64,000 nucleotides of DNA, from positions 76,941 to 140,940 of the forward strand of contig CAYUPS010000001.1 in the NCBI GenBank assembly GCA_964445485.1, in the 5' to 3' direction. Both the position numbers and the translations under genes were made by a program. A model generated the notes under the pieces. That model saw only the letters and a program-made list of their open reading frames with translations. It ran no database searches and was not told the DNA's origin. This document shows, piece after piece, positions 17,406 to 27,061 of the stretch. Positions within the stretch are counted from its first letter, which is position 1; the number at the start of each line of letters is the position of its first letter. The DNA comes from an uncultured Methanosarcinales archaeon. Its GTDB lineage: Archaea > Nanobdellota > Nanobdellia > Woesearchaeales > ARS49.

Positions 17406-19298
17406 ATGTGCGGCATCAGCGGCATCTTACGGTTCGACGGCAATCCTCCTGAGCGCAGCATACTCCGCGCCATGACAGACCGCCTCGCGCACCGAGGGCC
17501 GGACGGCAGCGGCATCTTCACCGAAGGGCCCATCGGTCTCGGGCATCGCCGTCTCGCCATCATCGACCTGAGCAAGCGCGGCAAGCAGCCGATGCACAGC
17601 GCGGACGGACGGCTCAGCATCACCTTCAACGGCGAAATCTACAATTTCCGGGAACTGCGCGAGGAACTCGAACACCAAGGCGTCCGCTTCAGCACGGAGA
17701 CAGACACGGAGGTCATACTCCAGCTGTACGCCCGCGAGGGCGCGGAGTGCGTGCGCAGGCTCAGAGGCATGTTCGCCTTCGCCATATGGGACAGCGCGAC
17801 GAAACGGCTGTTCCTCGCGAGGGACAGAGTCGGGAAGAAACCGCTGTATTACACGCGCACTGACAGAGAGTTCATATTCGGCTCCGAACTCAAAGCAGTT
17901 CTCGCACATCCCTCAGTGCGGCGCGAGATCAGCGCGCTCGCGCAGGAGCAATACCTCGCATGGGGCTATGTGCCCGCACCGCATTCCATATTCGCTGCCG
18001 TGAGGAAACTGCGACCTGCGCATACGCTCACTGTTCAAATGGACGGGTCCGCACGCGAAACACAGTACTGGAATCTCGCATACGCGCCGCAAGAGCGAAG
18101 CATCCAGGACTGGCGCAGCCTGATCCTCCAGGAGCTCGAGACTTCGACGAAACTGCGCATGACCAGCGATGTCCCGCTCGGCGCGTTCCTGAGCGGCGGC
18201 ATCGACTCAAGCGCCATCGTCGCGCTCATGAGCAGGAGCAGCGACACGCCAATCAAGACGTTCTCCATAGGATTCGAAGAGCAGACATTCAACGAGCTCC
18301 CCCATGCGAAGATTGTGGCAGACGCATTCGGCACCGAGCACACTGAATTCGTCATCCAGCCCCGCGCAGCGGATATCCTGCCGTCGCTCATCTGGCACTA
18401 CGACGAGCCGTTCGCAGACAGCTCCGCGCTGCCCAGCTACCACCTAGCAAAGCTGACGCGCAGCAAAGTCACTGTCGCGCTCAACGGCGACGGCGGCGAT
18501 GAGAGCTTCGCAGGATACGAGCGCTATGCAGTCGACCGCCTCATCACGGAGTACCGACGGATGCCGCGCATCATTAGGAGCGCGATCGCGACGGGCGTGA
18601 GGCTTCTTCCCGAGCCTGCAACGCAGAAGAACGTGCTCCGCAAGGCGAAGCGGTTCGTCGAAGTCTCAGCGATGCGGCCGGGCGAGCGGTACGAGCGCCT
18701 CATGAGCATCTTCCCCGACAACGAGCTGCTCGAACTGACAGGCACAGGACTGGAACGGCACCTCCTGAGGGATGCGTACAACGCAGGTCCGAGAGACGCT
18801 CTCGCGGCGAAGATGCGCACAGATATCCTCACCTACCTACCCGATGACCTCCTGGTGAAGATGGATCGGGCAACGATGGCGCACTCGCTCGAAGCCCGCA
18901 GCCCGTTCCTGGACCACCGCGTGATGGAGATTGCTGCAAGCATCCCCTCGCACCTGAAGCTGCAAGGATTCAACACCAAGCACATCCTCAAACGGGCTCT
19001 CGCAGGCATACTCCCCAAGAGCATCCTGCAGCGCAAGAAACAGGGCTTCGGCGTCCCTCTCGGCGCATGGTTCCGCGGAGAGCTGCGCAATATCGCGCAC
19101 GATGTGCTCCTTTCGCCGACGACAGCGCGGCGCGGCCTGCTGCGGCAGGAAAAAATGCAGACGATACTGCGCGAGCACTGTTCGAAACGGGCTGATCACA
19201 GCCACCGCATCTGGTCACTGCTGTGGCTCGAGCTGTGGTACCGCATGTATGCCGAAGACGAAGCGGCACCGGCGAGATCAATCAGCGAACTTCTCTAA
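17406..19298 (+). CDS. asnB: asparagine synthetase (glutamine-hydrolysing) family amidotransferase
   Basis: 630 aa; N-terminal MCGI (Cys2 nucleophile) class-II glutaminase domain, SGGIDSS PP-loop ATP pyrophosphatase motif. Confidence 0.9.
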   Translation: MCGISGILRFDGNPPERSILRAMTDRLAHRGPDGSGIFTEGPIGLGHRRLAIIDLSKRGKQPMHSADGRLSITFNGEIYNFRELREELEHQGVRFSTETDTEVILQLYAREGAECVRRLRGMFAFAIWDSATKRLFLARDRVGKKPLYYTRTDREFIFGSELKAVLAHPSVRREISALAQEQYLAWGYVPAPHSIFAAVRKLRPAHTLTVQMDGSARETQYWNLAYAPQERSIQDWRSLILQELETSTKLRMTSDVPLGAFLSGGIDSSAIVALMSRSSDTPIKTFSIGFEEQTFNELPHAKIVADAFGTEHTEFVIQPRAADILPSLIWHYDEPFADSSALPSYHLAKLTRSKVTVALNGDGGDESFAGYERYAVDRLITEYRRMPRIIRSAIATGVRLLPEPATQKNVLRKAKRFVEVSAMRPGERYERLMSIFPDNELLELTGTGLERHLLRDAYNAGPRDALAAKMRTDILTYLPDDLLVKMDRATMAHSLEARSPFLDHRVMEIAASIPSHLKLQGFNTKHILKRALAGILPKSILQRKKQGFGVPLGAWFRGELRNIAHDVLLSPTTARRGLLRQEKMQTILREHCSKRADHSHRIWSLLWLELWYRMYAEDEAAPARSISELL

Positions 19299-20628
19299 TC
19301 GGCCGCTCCAGAAGCCAGAACAATCCGCCTGCCGCGAACACCAACAGAAGCAGGGAAAAAGAAAGCCTGTGCCGCACGAGCGTTCCGAGATTCGCTTCGA
19401 ATACGCTGAAGAGCAGCAGGGAGAGCAGACAGAATACCAGGATAGGCTCTGCCACGGCCCAACGCGAACGAGACCTGACGATGCCGAACACAGCAAGAGC
19501 GATCGACACGTGGAGGACGAACATGTCCGGCAGGAGCGCAAGCCACCGAACTGACGTGAACTGCCAGGGGAACGGCGCGGCGAGCGCGTACGCCATGCCA
19601 AACGGCAGGAACAGGAGAAACCCCCCGAGCGAGGAAAGATCCGCGGATTGCAAATACGCAGCGTCCCCGAATGCGAGGACACTCCGGCGGTAGTCGACTA
19701 TCTCCAAAAGAGACGCAAGAGCGGTCCCGCCAGAGAGTAAATCCTCCGCGAGAGCCACGAGAGTGGCAAAAAAAAGAGCGCCGAGAAGCACCCATATCTT
19801 CGCGCCAAGGATGCGCCGTCCGATGGCGAGAGCAGCGGCCGCGACGAGAAAGAAACCAAAATAGAACCTCACGACGAGCAGCAACGCGACCATGCCCATG
19901 GCGGGCAGCAGCCAGGCAGCAGACCTGCCCGCAGCGAAGCGGCAGATGCACAGCAAGCCTATCGCGGCGAGCAGCAGCGCGAGCGCTTCCTTAAGCACGA
20001 GCGACCCCCATATGAGCGATGACGGCGTGAGCAGCACCGCGGCATACGCGAATACCCCTTCTTTGGGGCCAAATATCTCGCGAGTGATTGCATAGATAGC
20101 GATGGCCAGAAGCAGGACGATGAGGAATGAGAACATCCTGCTCGCGAACATGCTTGTGCCAAAGAGGAGTTTGCCGAGAGCATACACGTAGATCATCCCA
20201 TAATTGGCGCGCTCGATCATGAATCCCTGGAAGCTGAGGGACGGCCCGCCAAGCCATTCCTGCGCTTTCTGCCTGGCGAAGTGGTCATAGAAATCCTCAT
20301 CCGGGAAAGACTGGGATGAGAAAGACGCCGCCCCGCTGATGATGAGATGAAGCATGAGCGCGGCTATTGCCAGCGAGAAAAGGACGGGCGCGTGCCGCTC
20401 GTTTCGGACGCAGCAGATGAGGGCGAATGCAGCGACGAGCACCAACGCAGGGATCCCCGCCATCTCGCGCACAGGCAGGAAGAATCCCAAGATCGCCAGC
20501 GCGGAGAAGAGAGCGGGCAAGCAGAGCCATCGTGCGCTCACCGCGCGCCAAATGATGTCCGCGACGGAGCGGAGACGCAACGCGCAGCTTATGCGCGTTG
20601 CGGCGGCAACGACAAACGAGTCATTCAT
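19282..20628 (-). CDS. polytopic membrane protein (GT-C glycosyltransferase / Wzy-type polymerase-like, unassigned)
   Basis: ~448 aa from ATG 20628 (track ORF extends to 20745 over upstream gene); >=10 predicted TM segments; start 2 nt after stop of 20621..20992. Confidence 0.5.
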   Translation of the reverse strand: MNDSFVVAAATRISCALRLRSVADIIWRAVSARWLCLPALFSALAILGFFLPVREMAGIPALVLVAAFALICCVRNERHAPVLFSLAIAALMLHLIISGAASFSSQSFPDEDFYDHFARQKAQEWLGGPSLSFQGFMIERANYGMIYVYALGKLLFGTSMFASRMFSFLIVLLLAIAIYAITREIFGPKEGVFAYAAVLLTPSSLIWGSLVLKEALALLLAAIGLLCICRFAAGRSAAWLLPAMGMVALLLVVRFYFGFFLVAAAALAIGRRILGAKIWVLLGALFFATLVALAEDLLSGGTALASLLEIVDYRRSVLAFGDAAYLQSADLSSLGGFLLFLPFGMAYALAAPFPWQFTSVRWLALLPDMFVLHVSIALAVFGIVRSRSRWAVAEPILVFCLLSLLLFSVFEANLGTLVRHRLSFSLLLLVFAAGGLFWLLERPIREVR

Positions 20629-20992
20629 GCACACGCACCTCCACGACAGTCGCGGCATATGTCGCCTCATCCAGAACGACTGGCAGAGTGCTGCCAACGG
20701 CAATCGGGTAGCCGCCGATGGTCCCATCCAATCCCGGGCGTACATGCCCCTTGAGAGTCAAGTTCCTGCCGGGGACAAGTATCTGCGGCTCCCAGCGGGA
20801 TATCTCGATAATCCTCGCATCGCCGGCGACGCCGAATGACATCGTCTCAGGGGATATTGCAAAAGGGAACTTCTCAACGCGCACGAAGATATCATAACCA
20901 TCAGGCTCCCCGCGAGGGAGAACAGCATACAACGCGAGCGAGACAAGAGCTATGCCGAGAGCCACGACCGCGATTCTATCAAGAGCGTGCAT
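20621..20992 (-). CDS. small N-terminally anchored hypothetical protein
   Basis: 123 aa; N-term TM MHALDRIAVVALGIALVSLALYAVL; translationally coupled to downstream membrane protein. Confidence 0.45.
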   Translation of the reverse strand: MHALDRIAVVALGIALVSLALYAVLPRGEPDGYDIFVRVEKFPFAISPETMSFGVAGDARIIEISRWEPQILVPGRNLTLKGHVRPGLDGTIGGYPIAVGSTLPVVLDEATYAATVVEVRVHE

Positions 20993-21003
20993 CGCGGAGC
21001 AAT

Positions 21004-21013
21004 CCTTATAAGC
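21004..21013. promoter_or_regulatory. perfectly palindromic TATA CTTATAAG between divergent operons
   Basis: 25 nt upstream of GT4 ATG 21034; 16 nt from minus ATG 20992. Confidence 0.5.
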
Positions 21014-21033
21014 GTCTTAAACCTTTCGAACGC

Positions 21034-22068
21034 ATGCGCATAGCGTTCTTCACCACGGACCTCTCCGGCGGCGGCGGACGGGTCTTAAGCACCCTCATTC
21101 CCTCGATGGCCCGCGAGCACGAGATCACGCTCATCCTGCGGCGCGCTCTTCCCGACCATCCTGCGCCGCACGGATGCGAGACAATCATCCTCAGGTGCAG
21201 CGCTCTCGGCAGGCCCGCACTGATCGCGCACATCCTCCGCAAAAGGCGCATCCATGCAGCAGTCTCACTCATGCCCGGCAATAATATCGCAGCGGCGCTC
21301 TCGCGGGCATATGGCTCCCGCGCGAAAATAATCATGACTGAGCACACGCAGCTCACTGCAGACCTCGCAAGCAGAGGACTATGGGGTCTGATGACGGCAT
21401 GGCTGGTGCGTCTCATTTACCCGATGGCAGACCGCATCGTCGCAGTCTCACCCGGCATCGCCCAGGACCTCCGCGCGCTCGGCGTCAAGAGACGCATCGA
21501 GGTCATACCTAACCCCTTCGATATCAAAGCAATCCGCGCGGCTGCACGGCACGGCCGCAAGAAAAAATCAATGCAAAAACGCATCATCGCGGCCGGACGG
21601 TTAAGCCGCGAAAAGGGGTTTGACGTCCTGCTACGCGCATTCGCCCTTCTCCCCTCAAGAATCAATGCTACCCTCACCATCCTCGGTGACGGTCCAGAGC
21701 GGCAGCGGCTCGCGGATCTCTCTAGAGATCTGCATGTCGACTCCCGCGTAAGTATGCCCGGCCGCACAGGGAATCCGTTCAAGACGATGGCGGGAGCGGA
21801 TGTCATCGTCGTCCCCTCGCGCTGGGAAGGATTCGGCAATGTCATCGTCGAAGCGGCGATCCTCGGCGTGCCGATTATCGCTGCCGACTGCCCCACCGGT
21901 CCGCGGTGGATACTCAAATCGGACGAGCATCTCGTGCCGCCTGAGGATCCGCGCGCGCTCGCCACAGCAATCGAGCGGCAACTGCTCCATCCCTGCCGTC
22001 CGAAAATCGACGTGAGTGAATATGACGTCGAGAGTATCGCGCAGCGCTACGGATCCATTCTTCGCTGA
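21034..22068 (+). CDS. glycosyltransferase family 4 (GT-B)
   Basis: ATG 21034 inside track ORF 20836; palindromic TATA CTTATAAG 21004-21013 ~25 nt upstream; C-terminal GT1/GT4 motif EGFGNVIVEAAILGVPIIA. Confidence 0.8.
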   Translation: MRIAFFTTDLSGGGGRVLSTLIPSMAREHEITLILRRALPDHPAPHGCETIILRCSALGRPALIAHILRKRRIHAAVSLMPGNNIAAALSRAYGSRAKIIMTEHTQLTADLASRGLWGLMTAWLVRLIYPMADRIVAVSPGIAQDLRALGVKRRIEVIPNPFDIKAIRAAARHGRKKKSMQKRIIAAGRLSREKGFDVLLRAFALLPSRINATLTILGDGPERQRLADLSRDLHVDSRVSMPGRTGNPFKTMAGADVIVVPSRWEGFGNVIVEAAILGVPIIAADCPTGPRWILKSDEHLVPPEDPRALATAIERQLLHPCRPKIDVSEYDVESIAQRYGSILR

Positions 22069-22910
22069 GGCTTCACGAAATGCATCTCCATGAGGTTATG
22101 CATTCTGAACAGACCGCCTAAACCGCCGACCAGCCGCCAATACAGCCGCACGAAGAAATTCTTCTCATGGCGGTACTCCTGACCGCTGAAGGTCTTGAAG
22201 AAGACCGGCAACAACCCTTCGCTGATGCCCGCGAGCGAGAGCGTCCACTTGTCAAAGCCGAGCAAGTGGAAGGGGACGAATGTCGGAGATATATGGATTG
22301 TCCTGCCGAACGGGTAGAGCAATGCATCGGTCAGGACGAAGAATATCCCCGCCTCATTCGGCATTTGACAGACGAGCGTGCCGCCCGGCTTGAGCCATTG
22401 CGCGCATCGGCGCACGAGCTCACGGGGGTTCTCAACATGCTCAAGCACATGAGACAGGACAACGACATCAAATGCCCCACGAGGGACACGGGCAGACGCC
22501 CATGTCGCCACCTTGATCGGCAATCCGTATTTGCGGCGTGCGTGTTCGACAAACACGGGAGATGGATCGAATCCCTCCGCATCGAAGCCGCGCGAACGCG
22601 CGAACGCAACTAGATCGCCGCGCCCGCACCCCACATCCAGGAGCTTGCCTGAGACGATGCCCCGACGCGCGAGACTTGAGAAGATGTGCGAGGTCAGACG
22701 CTCTTTGTCTTCGACACTCTTTGGGAAATATGAAATGTCCGAGTACATCCGTGCGATCTCGTCAGCACTCAGGCGAGGCATCGGATCCGCACGGATAAGA
22801 CTGCAGAACGAACACCGAACTATCCTGGTCTCGCGGAAATCACGGCGGCCCTTGCGCACGCCTACGAACTTTTTGCGGGTCGCGCCGCACAGGGGGCAAG
22901 GAGATCGCAT
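22047..22910 (-). CDS. zinc-ribbon + class I SAM-dependent methyltransferase
   Basis: 287 aa; N-term CPLCG...CSFC ribbon; LLDVGCGRGDL motif I, VVVLSHVLEHV motif; 3' end overlaps GT4 convergently. Confidence 0.75.
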   Translation of the reverse strand: MRSPCPLCGATRKKFVGVRKGRRDFRETRIVRCSFCSLIRADPMPRLSADEIARMYSDISYFPKSVEDKERLTSHIFSSLARRGIVSGKLLDVGCGRGDLVAFARSRGFDAEGFDPSPVFVEHARRKYGLPIKVATWASARVPRGAFDVVVLSHVLEHVENPRELVRRCAQWLKPGGTLVCQMPNEAGIFFVLTDALLYPFGRTIHISPTFVPFHLLGFDKWTLSLAGISEGLLPVFFKTFSGQEYRHEKNFFVRLYWRLVGGLGGLFRMHNLMEMHFVKPQRRMDP

Positions 22911-22988
22911 GCCACCCGTCGTGCGCGTGAGAATTTAAAGCTGCCCGTTGCGAAGACTTATAAGTAGCCACGGAGAGGGAAGACATCC

Positions 22989-24275
22989 ATGAAACGCCGC
23001 GCATGGGCAGTTCTTGAACGAGTCCACACCCGTCTCTTCGGGCACCCCCCGGGAGAGAAGACCCGCCAGTTCCTTCAAGACATCATTGCGGTGTACGGCG
23101 GGACACTCATCGCTGGCGGGTTTGGACTCATCGGGTTCCTCCTCACGGCGAGGCTGCTGGGTCCGGAAGAGTACGGGAAGTTCAACCTCATCATCGCAAC
23201 GGCAGGATTCCTCATCATCCCCATGATCTGGGGACACACGACAGCTGCGGCGAAGTACATGCCTGCCGCAAAGAAGCCTGATCAAATAATTGCCTCCGTG
23301 ACAACCCTCGTACTTGGCAGCATCCTCATCTTCGGGGCACTGGCTTACGCATTGGCGCCGAGCATCGCCGCGATCATAGGATTCGACGCGGCGCTCATTC
23401 GCATGGCCACACTCTACGCAGCCATCCTTGCGGCGTACTACCTCGCAGAGGCTCTCCTGCGCGGACTGATGAGGATGGACATCGTCGGCATCGGCAGAGC
23501 GGTCCTTTCAATAGCGAGCCTCGCTGTCACTCTCGCGCTGCTCTTTAGCGCGGGAAATCACCGCGCGAGCACGCCAATTATCGCAGGCATCCTCGGGAAC
23601 GCGGTCTTTGTCTGCCTCGCGCTCCCGTGGATACGGCTACGCATCAACTCAATGACATGGGAATCCCTTCGAAGAATCCTCCATTATGGCCTGTTCACTG
23701 CGATCAGCTTCATCACGGGGACAGTCATGGCATATACCGACCGCGTGATGCTCAATGCGTTCCGCGGCGTGACTGAGGTCGGCATATTCGGCGCGTACCA
23801 GCTCCCCACGCTCTTCGTCAGCGAGAAACTGCTCGCGCCGTTCATCCTCGTCTTCTTCTCGACAGCCGCGGCATACCGGCACAAGCGAGCATTGTGCAAG
23901 AAGATGACGATCGTGCTGCCGCTCGCGGCAGCGGCCATCTTCGCGCTCACCGCAATCAGCGTGACAGCAGGTTTCGCGTTCCTCGGAGCCGCGTACCCCT
24001 TCTCCCTCTTGACTGCGATGGTATTCTGCGCCACAGCTGCGACATATTTCGCGGCGTCCGCGCGTATGTGGTTCATCGCGAGCACGGGCATCGCAGGCGT
24101 GCGCTGGTCCTGCCTCGCAGGCATCATCGGCATGGCAGTCAATATCGGAGGAAACTACCTGCTCATCCCGCTGCTCGGCGTTCTCGGAGCTGCGCTCAGC
24201 ACCTTCGGCGCTGCTGCCGCGCTGATAGCGATATCTATTCCCGCATTGCGCCGCACTATCGGAGGCGAAGATTGA
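22989..24275 (+). CDS. oligosaccharide flippase (Wzx/MOP superfamily, AglR-like)
   Basis: 428 aa, ~12 TM helices, polysaccharide biosynthesis protein architecture. Confidence 0.8.
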   Translation: MKRRAWAVLERVHTRLFGHPPGEKTRQFLQDIIAVYGGTLIAGGFGLIGFLLTARLLGPEEYGKFNLIIATAGFLIIPMIWGHTTAAAKYMPAAKKPDQIIASVTTLVLGSILIFGALAYALAPSIAAIIGFDAALIRMATLYAAILAAYYLAEALLRGLMRMDIVGIGRAVLSIASLAVTLALLFSAGNHRASTPIIAGILGNAVFVCLALPWIRLRINSMTWESLRRILHYGLFTAISFITGTVMAYTDRVMLNAFRGVTEVGIFGAYQLPTLFVSEKLLAPFILVFFSTAAAYRHKRALCKKMTIVLPLAAAAIFALTAISVTAGFAFLGAAYPFSLLTAMVFCATAATYFAASARMWFIASTGIAGVRWSCLAGIIGMAVNIGGNYLLIPLLGVLGAALSTFGAAAALIAISIPALRRTIGGED

Positions 24276-25123
24276 TGAAGTGCGATGTGACTATCGCAGC
24301 ATACAACGCAGAGCATGAACTCCATAGAACTGTTGAGTGCGTGCTACGCGCGATACCTGCTCGCGTCCTTGGCAAGATCGTAATCGTCAACAACAACAGC
24401 ACCGACGGTACTGCGAGAGTTATCAAAGAGCTGCAGAAAGAACACCCTGCGCGCATCAAAGCAGTCATGCACGCAGGGATGCTCGGGAGCGTCAGGTACA
24501 GGCAGGCGCAGGAGTGCTCCACCGAGTACATCATATATGTCGACAGCAATGTCCTCCTCCACCCCACATGGTGGCGCGTGGTGCGGCAGCACATCGCTGA
24601 CGATGTGGGCTGGATATTCGGACACACCAGGACAGTCTATCCGCAACCGTACCATGATTTCTTTGAGTGGACAATAAAGAAATTCGGGGGCGTGGGTTTC
24701 GGCGACACGCTTGTACGGCGGGATATCATCCTTGCCTGCCCCGAGATGAACCTGATCCATCTCGGCGAGGATAATTACGTCCATGACGCATGCAAGAAGA
24801 GAGGGGTGCGGCGCGTGTTCATCCCGACGCAGATTGCGGACCACGGAGTCATTGGCAGGCACGGCCTTTTCCTGCGGCACGTGCGGGCGGGCCAATCGTA
24901 TAGCATCAAGAACGGAATGGCCCGCTCAATCACGCGCTGCATCCGTTTCGCGGCAGGGGACTGCCTCAATGTGATTAGGTATGCGAGAGAGTCACGATGC
25001 AGCATGCACACCGCGCTCGTCTTGGCAAACGAGCTCATCCTCTTGCGGTGGGCATTCCTGGAAGGGATCCTGAGACTGCGGAAGCTCGTGCGCGATCCCG
25101 ACGCGAAGCGACAGCGGCGATAA
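24275..25123 (+). CDS. glycosyltransferase family 2
   Basis: ATG overlaps flippase stop (TGATG) inside track ORF 23894; N-term MKCDVTIAAYNAEHEL, DxD-type YVDSN. Confidence 0.75.
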   Translation: MKCDVTIAAYNAEHELHRTVECVLRAIPARVLGKIVIVNNNSTDGTARVIKELQKEHPARIKAVMHAGMLGSVRYRQAQECSTEYIIYVDSNVLLHPTWWRVVRQHIADDVGWIFGHTRTVYPQPYHDFFEWTIKKFGGVGFGDTLVRRDIILACPEMNLIHLGEDNYVHDACKKRGVRRVFIPTQIADHGVIGRHGLFLRHVRAGQSYSIKNGMARSITRCIRFAAGDCLNVIRYARESRCSMHTALVLANELILLRWAFLEGILRLRKLVRDPDAKRQRR

Positions 25124-26249
25124 GGGCCTCATAGCGCGGGAGAAGCGCAGGAATGTCGAGCGCAACGATGGACCGAGCTGCCTCGCGCGACAACCGCCTT
25201 CTCAGAGCAGCGTCGCAGAGCATCCTCTGCAGCGCGCGACTGAGAGCGATGGTGTCGGCAGGGGGCACAAGGATGCCGTTCACGCCGTCAGTAACGACGT
25301 CACGGACGCCGCCAGGGCAATCTGATGCGATGACCGGTGCGCCGCACGCCATTGCTTCGAGCAGCGCATTGGGCAGGCCCTCGTAGAGAGACGGGAGAAC
25401 GAATACGGTTGCGCGGCTCATCAGGGCATACGGATTCTCCAGGAAACCTGCGAACTCCACGCGCGACTCAATACTGAGAGCAACCGCTTGCGCATGGAGC
25501 CGCTCACTGAGTTCTCCTTTACCTATGATGATAAGCCTAAGATGCCTGTGCGCTGGCGCGATGGCTGCGAACGCGTCAAGCAGAGAAGAGAATCCTTTCT
25601 GCGCAGTCAGCCGCCCCGCGGCGAGGATGAACGATCCCCGCACAGCCACGTCTGCGGCGACAGCGAGTGAACGTATCCGTCGCAACGGCACCACATTCGG
25701 GATAACTTGCAACACGCGGCGGGAAATACCGAACTGCCGTCTGAGCTCGTCGGCAGTCTGCTGCGCATTGACAAGAACCGCATCCGCCCAAGGATAGAGC
25801 CATCTGGCCACGAAACGCCAGAGCCACGGACGGCGGAGCGTGACATTCGATGAGCTGAGATTCACGGATGGCGCGGCGCGCTCGCTCACTATCAGGCCCC
25901 CCTTCCAGCCCGAGAGCCGCGTGAGGAGCGCTATGAGATTGGGGCCGGGCATGAAGCTGACGAGCACATCCGGCTTCTGCTCGCGCAGCAGCATACGCAG
26001 CCGCCTGACAAGACGGAAGAGCGTCGAGACCCTCTCGAGCAGAGGGCCGCCCGGATCGCCGATGCAGAACACGGAAATTCCGCGAGGCACATCATAATCG
26101 AAGATCCGCTCATAGACTATGAGCAGCGGCTGGAAGCGGGAGGGATTGAGATTGCCGATGATGTTGAGCAACGAACGTTCCGCACCGCCGCCAATGAGGC
26201 ACGGAACGAGGAACGCCACCTTCACCCGACGGGTTGACTCGCTCGACAT
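25035..26249 (-). CDS. glycosyltransferase family 4
   Basis: ATG 26249 (M13 of track ORF); TTTATAAG (minus orientation of 26271-26280) ~26 nt upstream; C-terminal EGLPNALLEAMACGAPVIASD motif. Confidence 0.8.
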   Translation of the reverse strand: MSSESTRRVKVAFLVPCLIGGGAERSLLNIIGNLNPSRFQPLLIVYERIFDYDVPRGISVFCIGDPGGPLLERVSTLFRLVRRLRMLLREQKPDVLVSFMPGPNLIALLTRLSGWKGGLIVSERAAPSVNLSSSNVTLRRPWLWRFVARWLYPWADAVLVNAQQTADELRRQFGISRRVLQVIPNVVPLRRIRSLAVAADVAVRGSFILAAGRLTAQKGFSSLLDAFAAIAPAHRHLRLIIIGKGELSERLHAQAVALSIESRVEFAGFLENPYALMSRATVFVLPSLYEGLPNALLEAMACGAPVIASDCPGGVRDVVTDGVNGILVPPADTIALSRALQRMLCDAALRRRLSREAARSIVALDIPALLPRYEALIAAVASRRDRARASAVSGSLPGMPTARG

Positions 26250-26341
26250 GCACCACGCAGCACGGGACGGCTTATAAACCTGCATCGGCGGTCCGCGCGC
26301 GTTAGCTTATTAACCTCCGGCGGATTGCGCAGCGCACACCC

Positions 26342-27061
26342 ATGAATATAGTCATCGTCATGCCCGCATACCGCGCAGCGAAGACAATCGGCGCAGTGTT
26401 CGAACGTATCCCGCGCCAGTTCTACGACTCGCTCAAGAACATCGTGGTCGTCAATGACGGCAGCACTGACGACACGGCGGAAGTCCTCAAGGCGCTCGAG
26501 AAGAGATATCCGAAGATCAGCGTCATCGCCCACGAGAAAAACAGGGGCTATGGCGCCGCGCAAAAGACCGGATTCGCGGAGGCCGTACGGCTCGATGCGG
26601 ATATCGCCATTCTGCTCCACTCAGACGGCCAGTACCCTCCAGAGATGCTTCCTAAAATGATAGCCCCGATCAGTGACGGCAACGCAGATGTCGTGATAGG
26701 CTCTCGCATCCTCGGAGGCGAGGCCCTCAAAGGAGGCATGCCGCTCTACAAATATCTCGGCAACAGGTTCCTCACCGCCCTCGAGAACATCGCATACGGG
26801 ATGGATATCTCTGAGTACCACACAGGGTACTGTATCTACAGCCGCAAAGCGCTGCAGCGCATACCGTTCGATCGCCTGAGCGACACGTTCCACTTCGATG
26901 GAGAGATGATCATGATGTCCGGCAAGAAGGGCTTGAGACTGAGAGAGATCGGCATACCGACGAGATATGCGGACGAGAAATCCCATCTCAACCCGTTCAT
27001 CTACGGACTGGATGTGCTCCGCATCATCCTCCGCCACAAGATGGGAAAATATGACTTCTAG
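26342..27061 (+). CDS. GT2 dolichyl/polyprenyl-phosphate mannosyl(glycosyl)transferase (Dpm1-like)
   Basis: 239 aa; IVIVMPAYRAAKTIG, VVNDGSTDDT, HSDGQYPPE motifs typical of Dpm1/AglD-type synthases. Confidence 0.85.
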   Translation: MNIVIVMPAYRAAKTIGAVFERIPRQFYDSLKNIVVVNDGSTDDTAEVLKALEKRYPKISVIAHEKNRGYGAAQKTGFAEAVRLDADIAILLHSDGQYPPEMLPKMIAPISDGNADVVIGSRILGGEALKGGMPLYKYLGNRFLTALENIAYGMDISEYHTGYCIYSRKALQRIPFDRLSDTFHFDGEMIMMSGKKGLRLREIGIPTRYADEKSHLNPFIYGLDVLRIILRHKMGKYDF

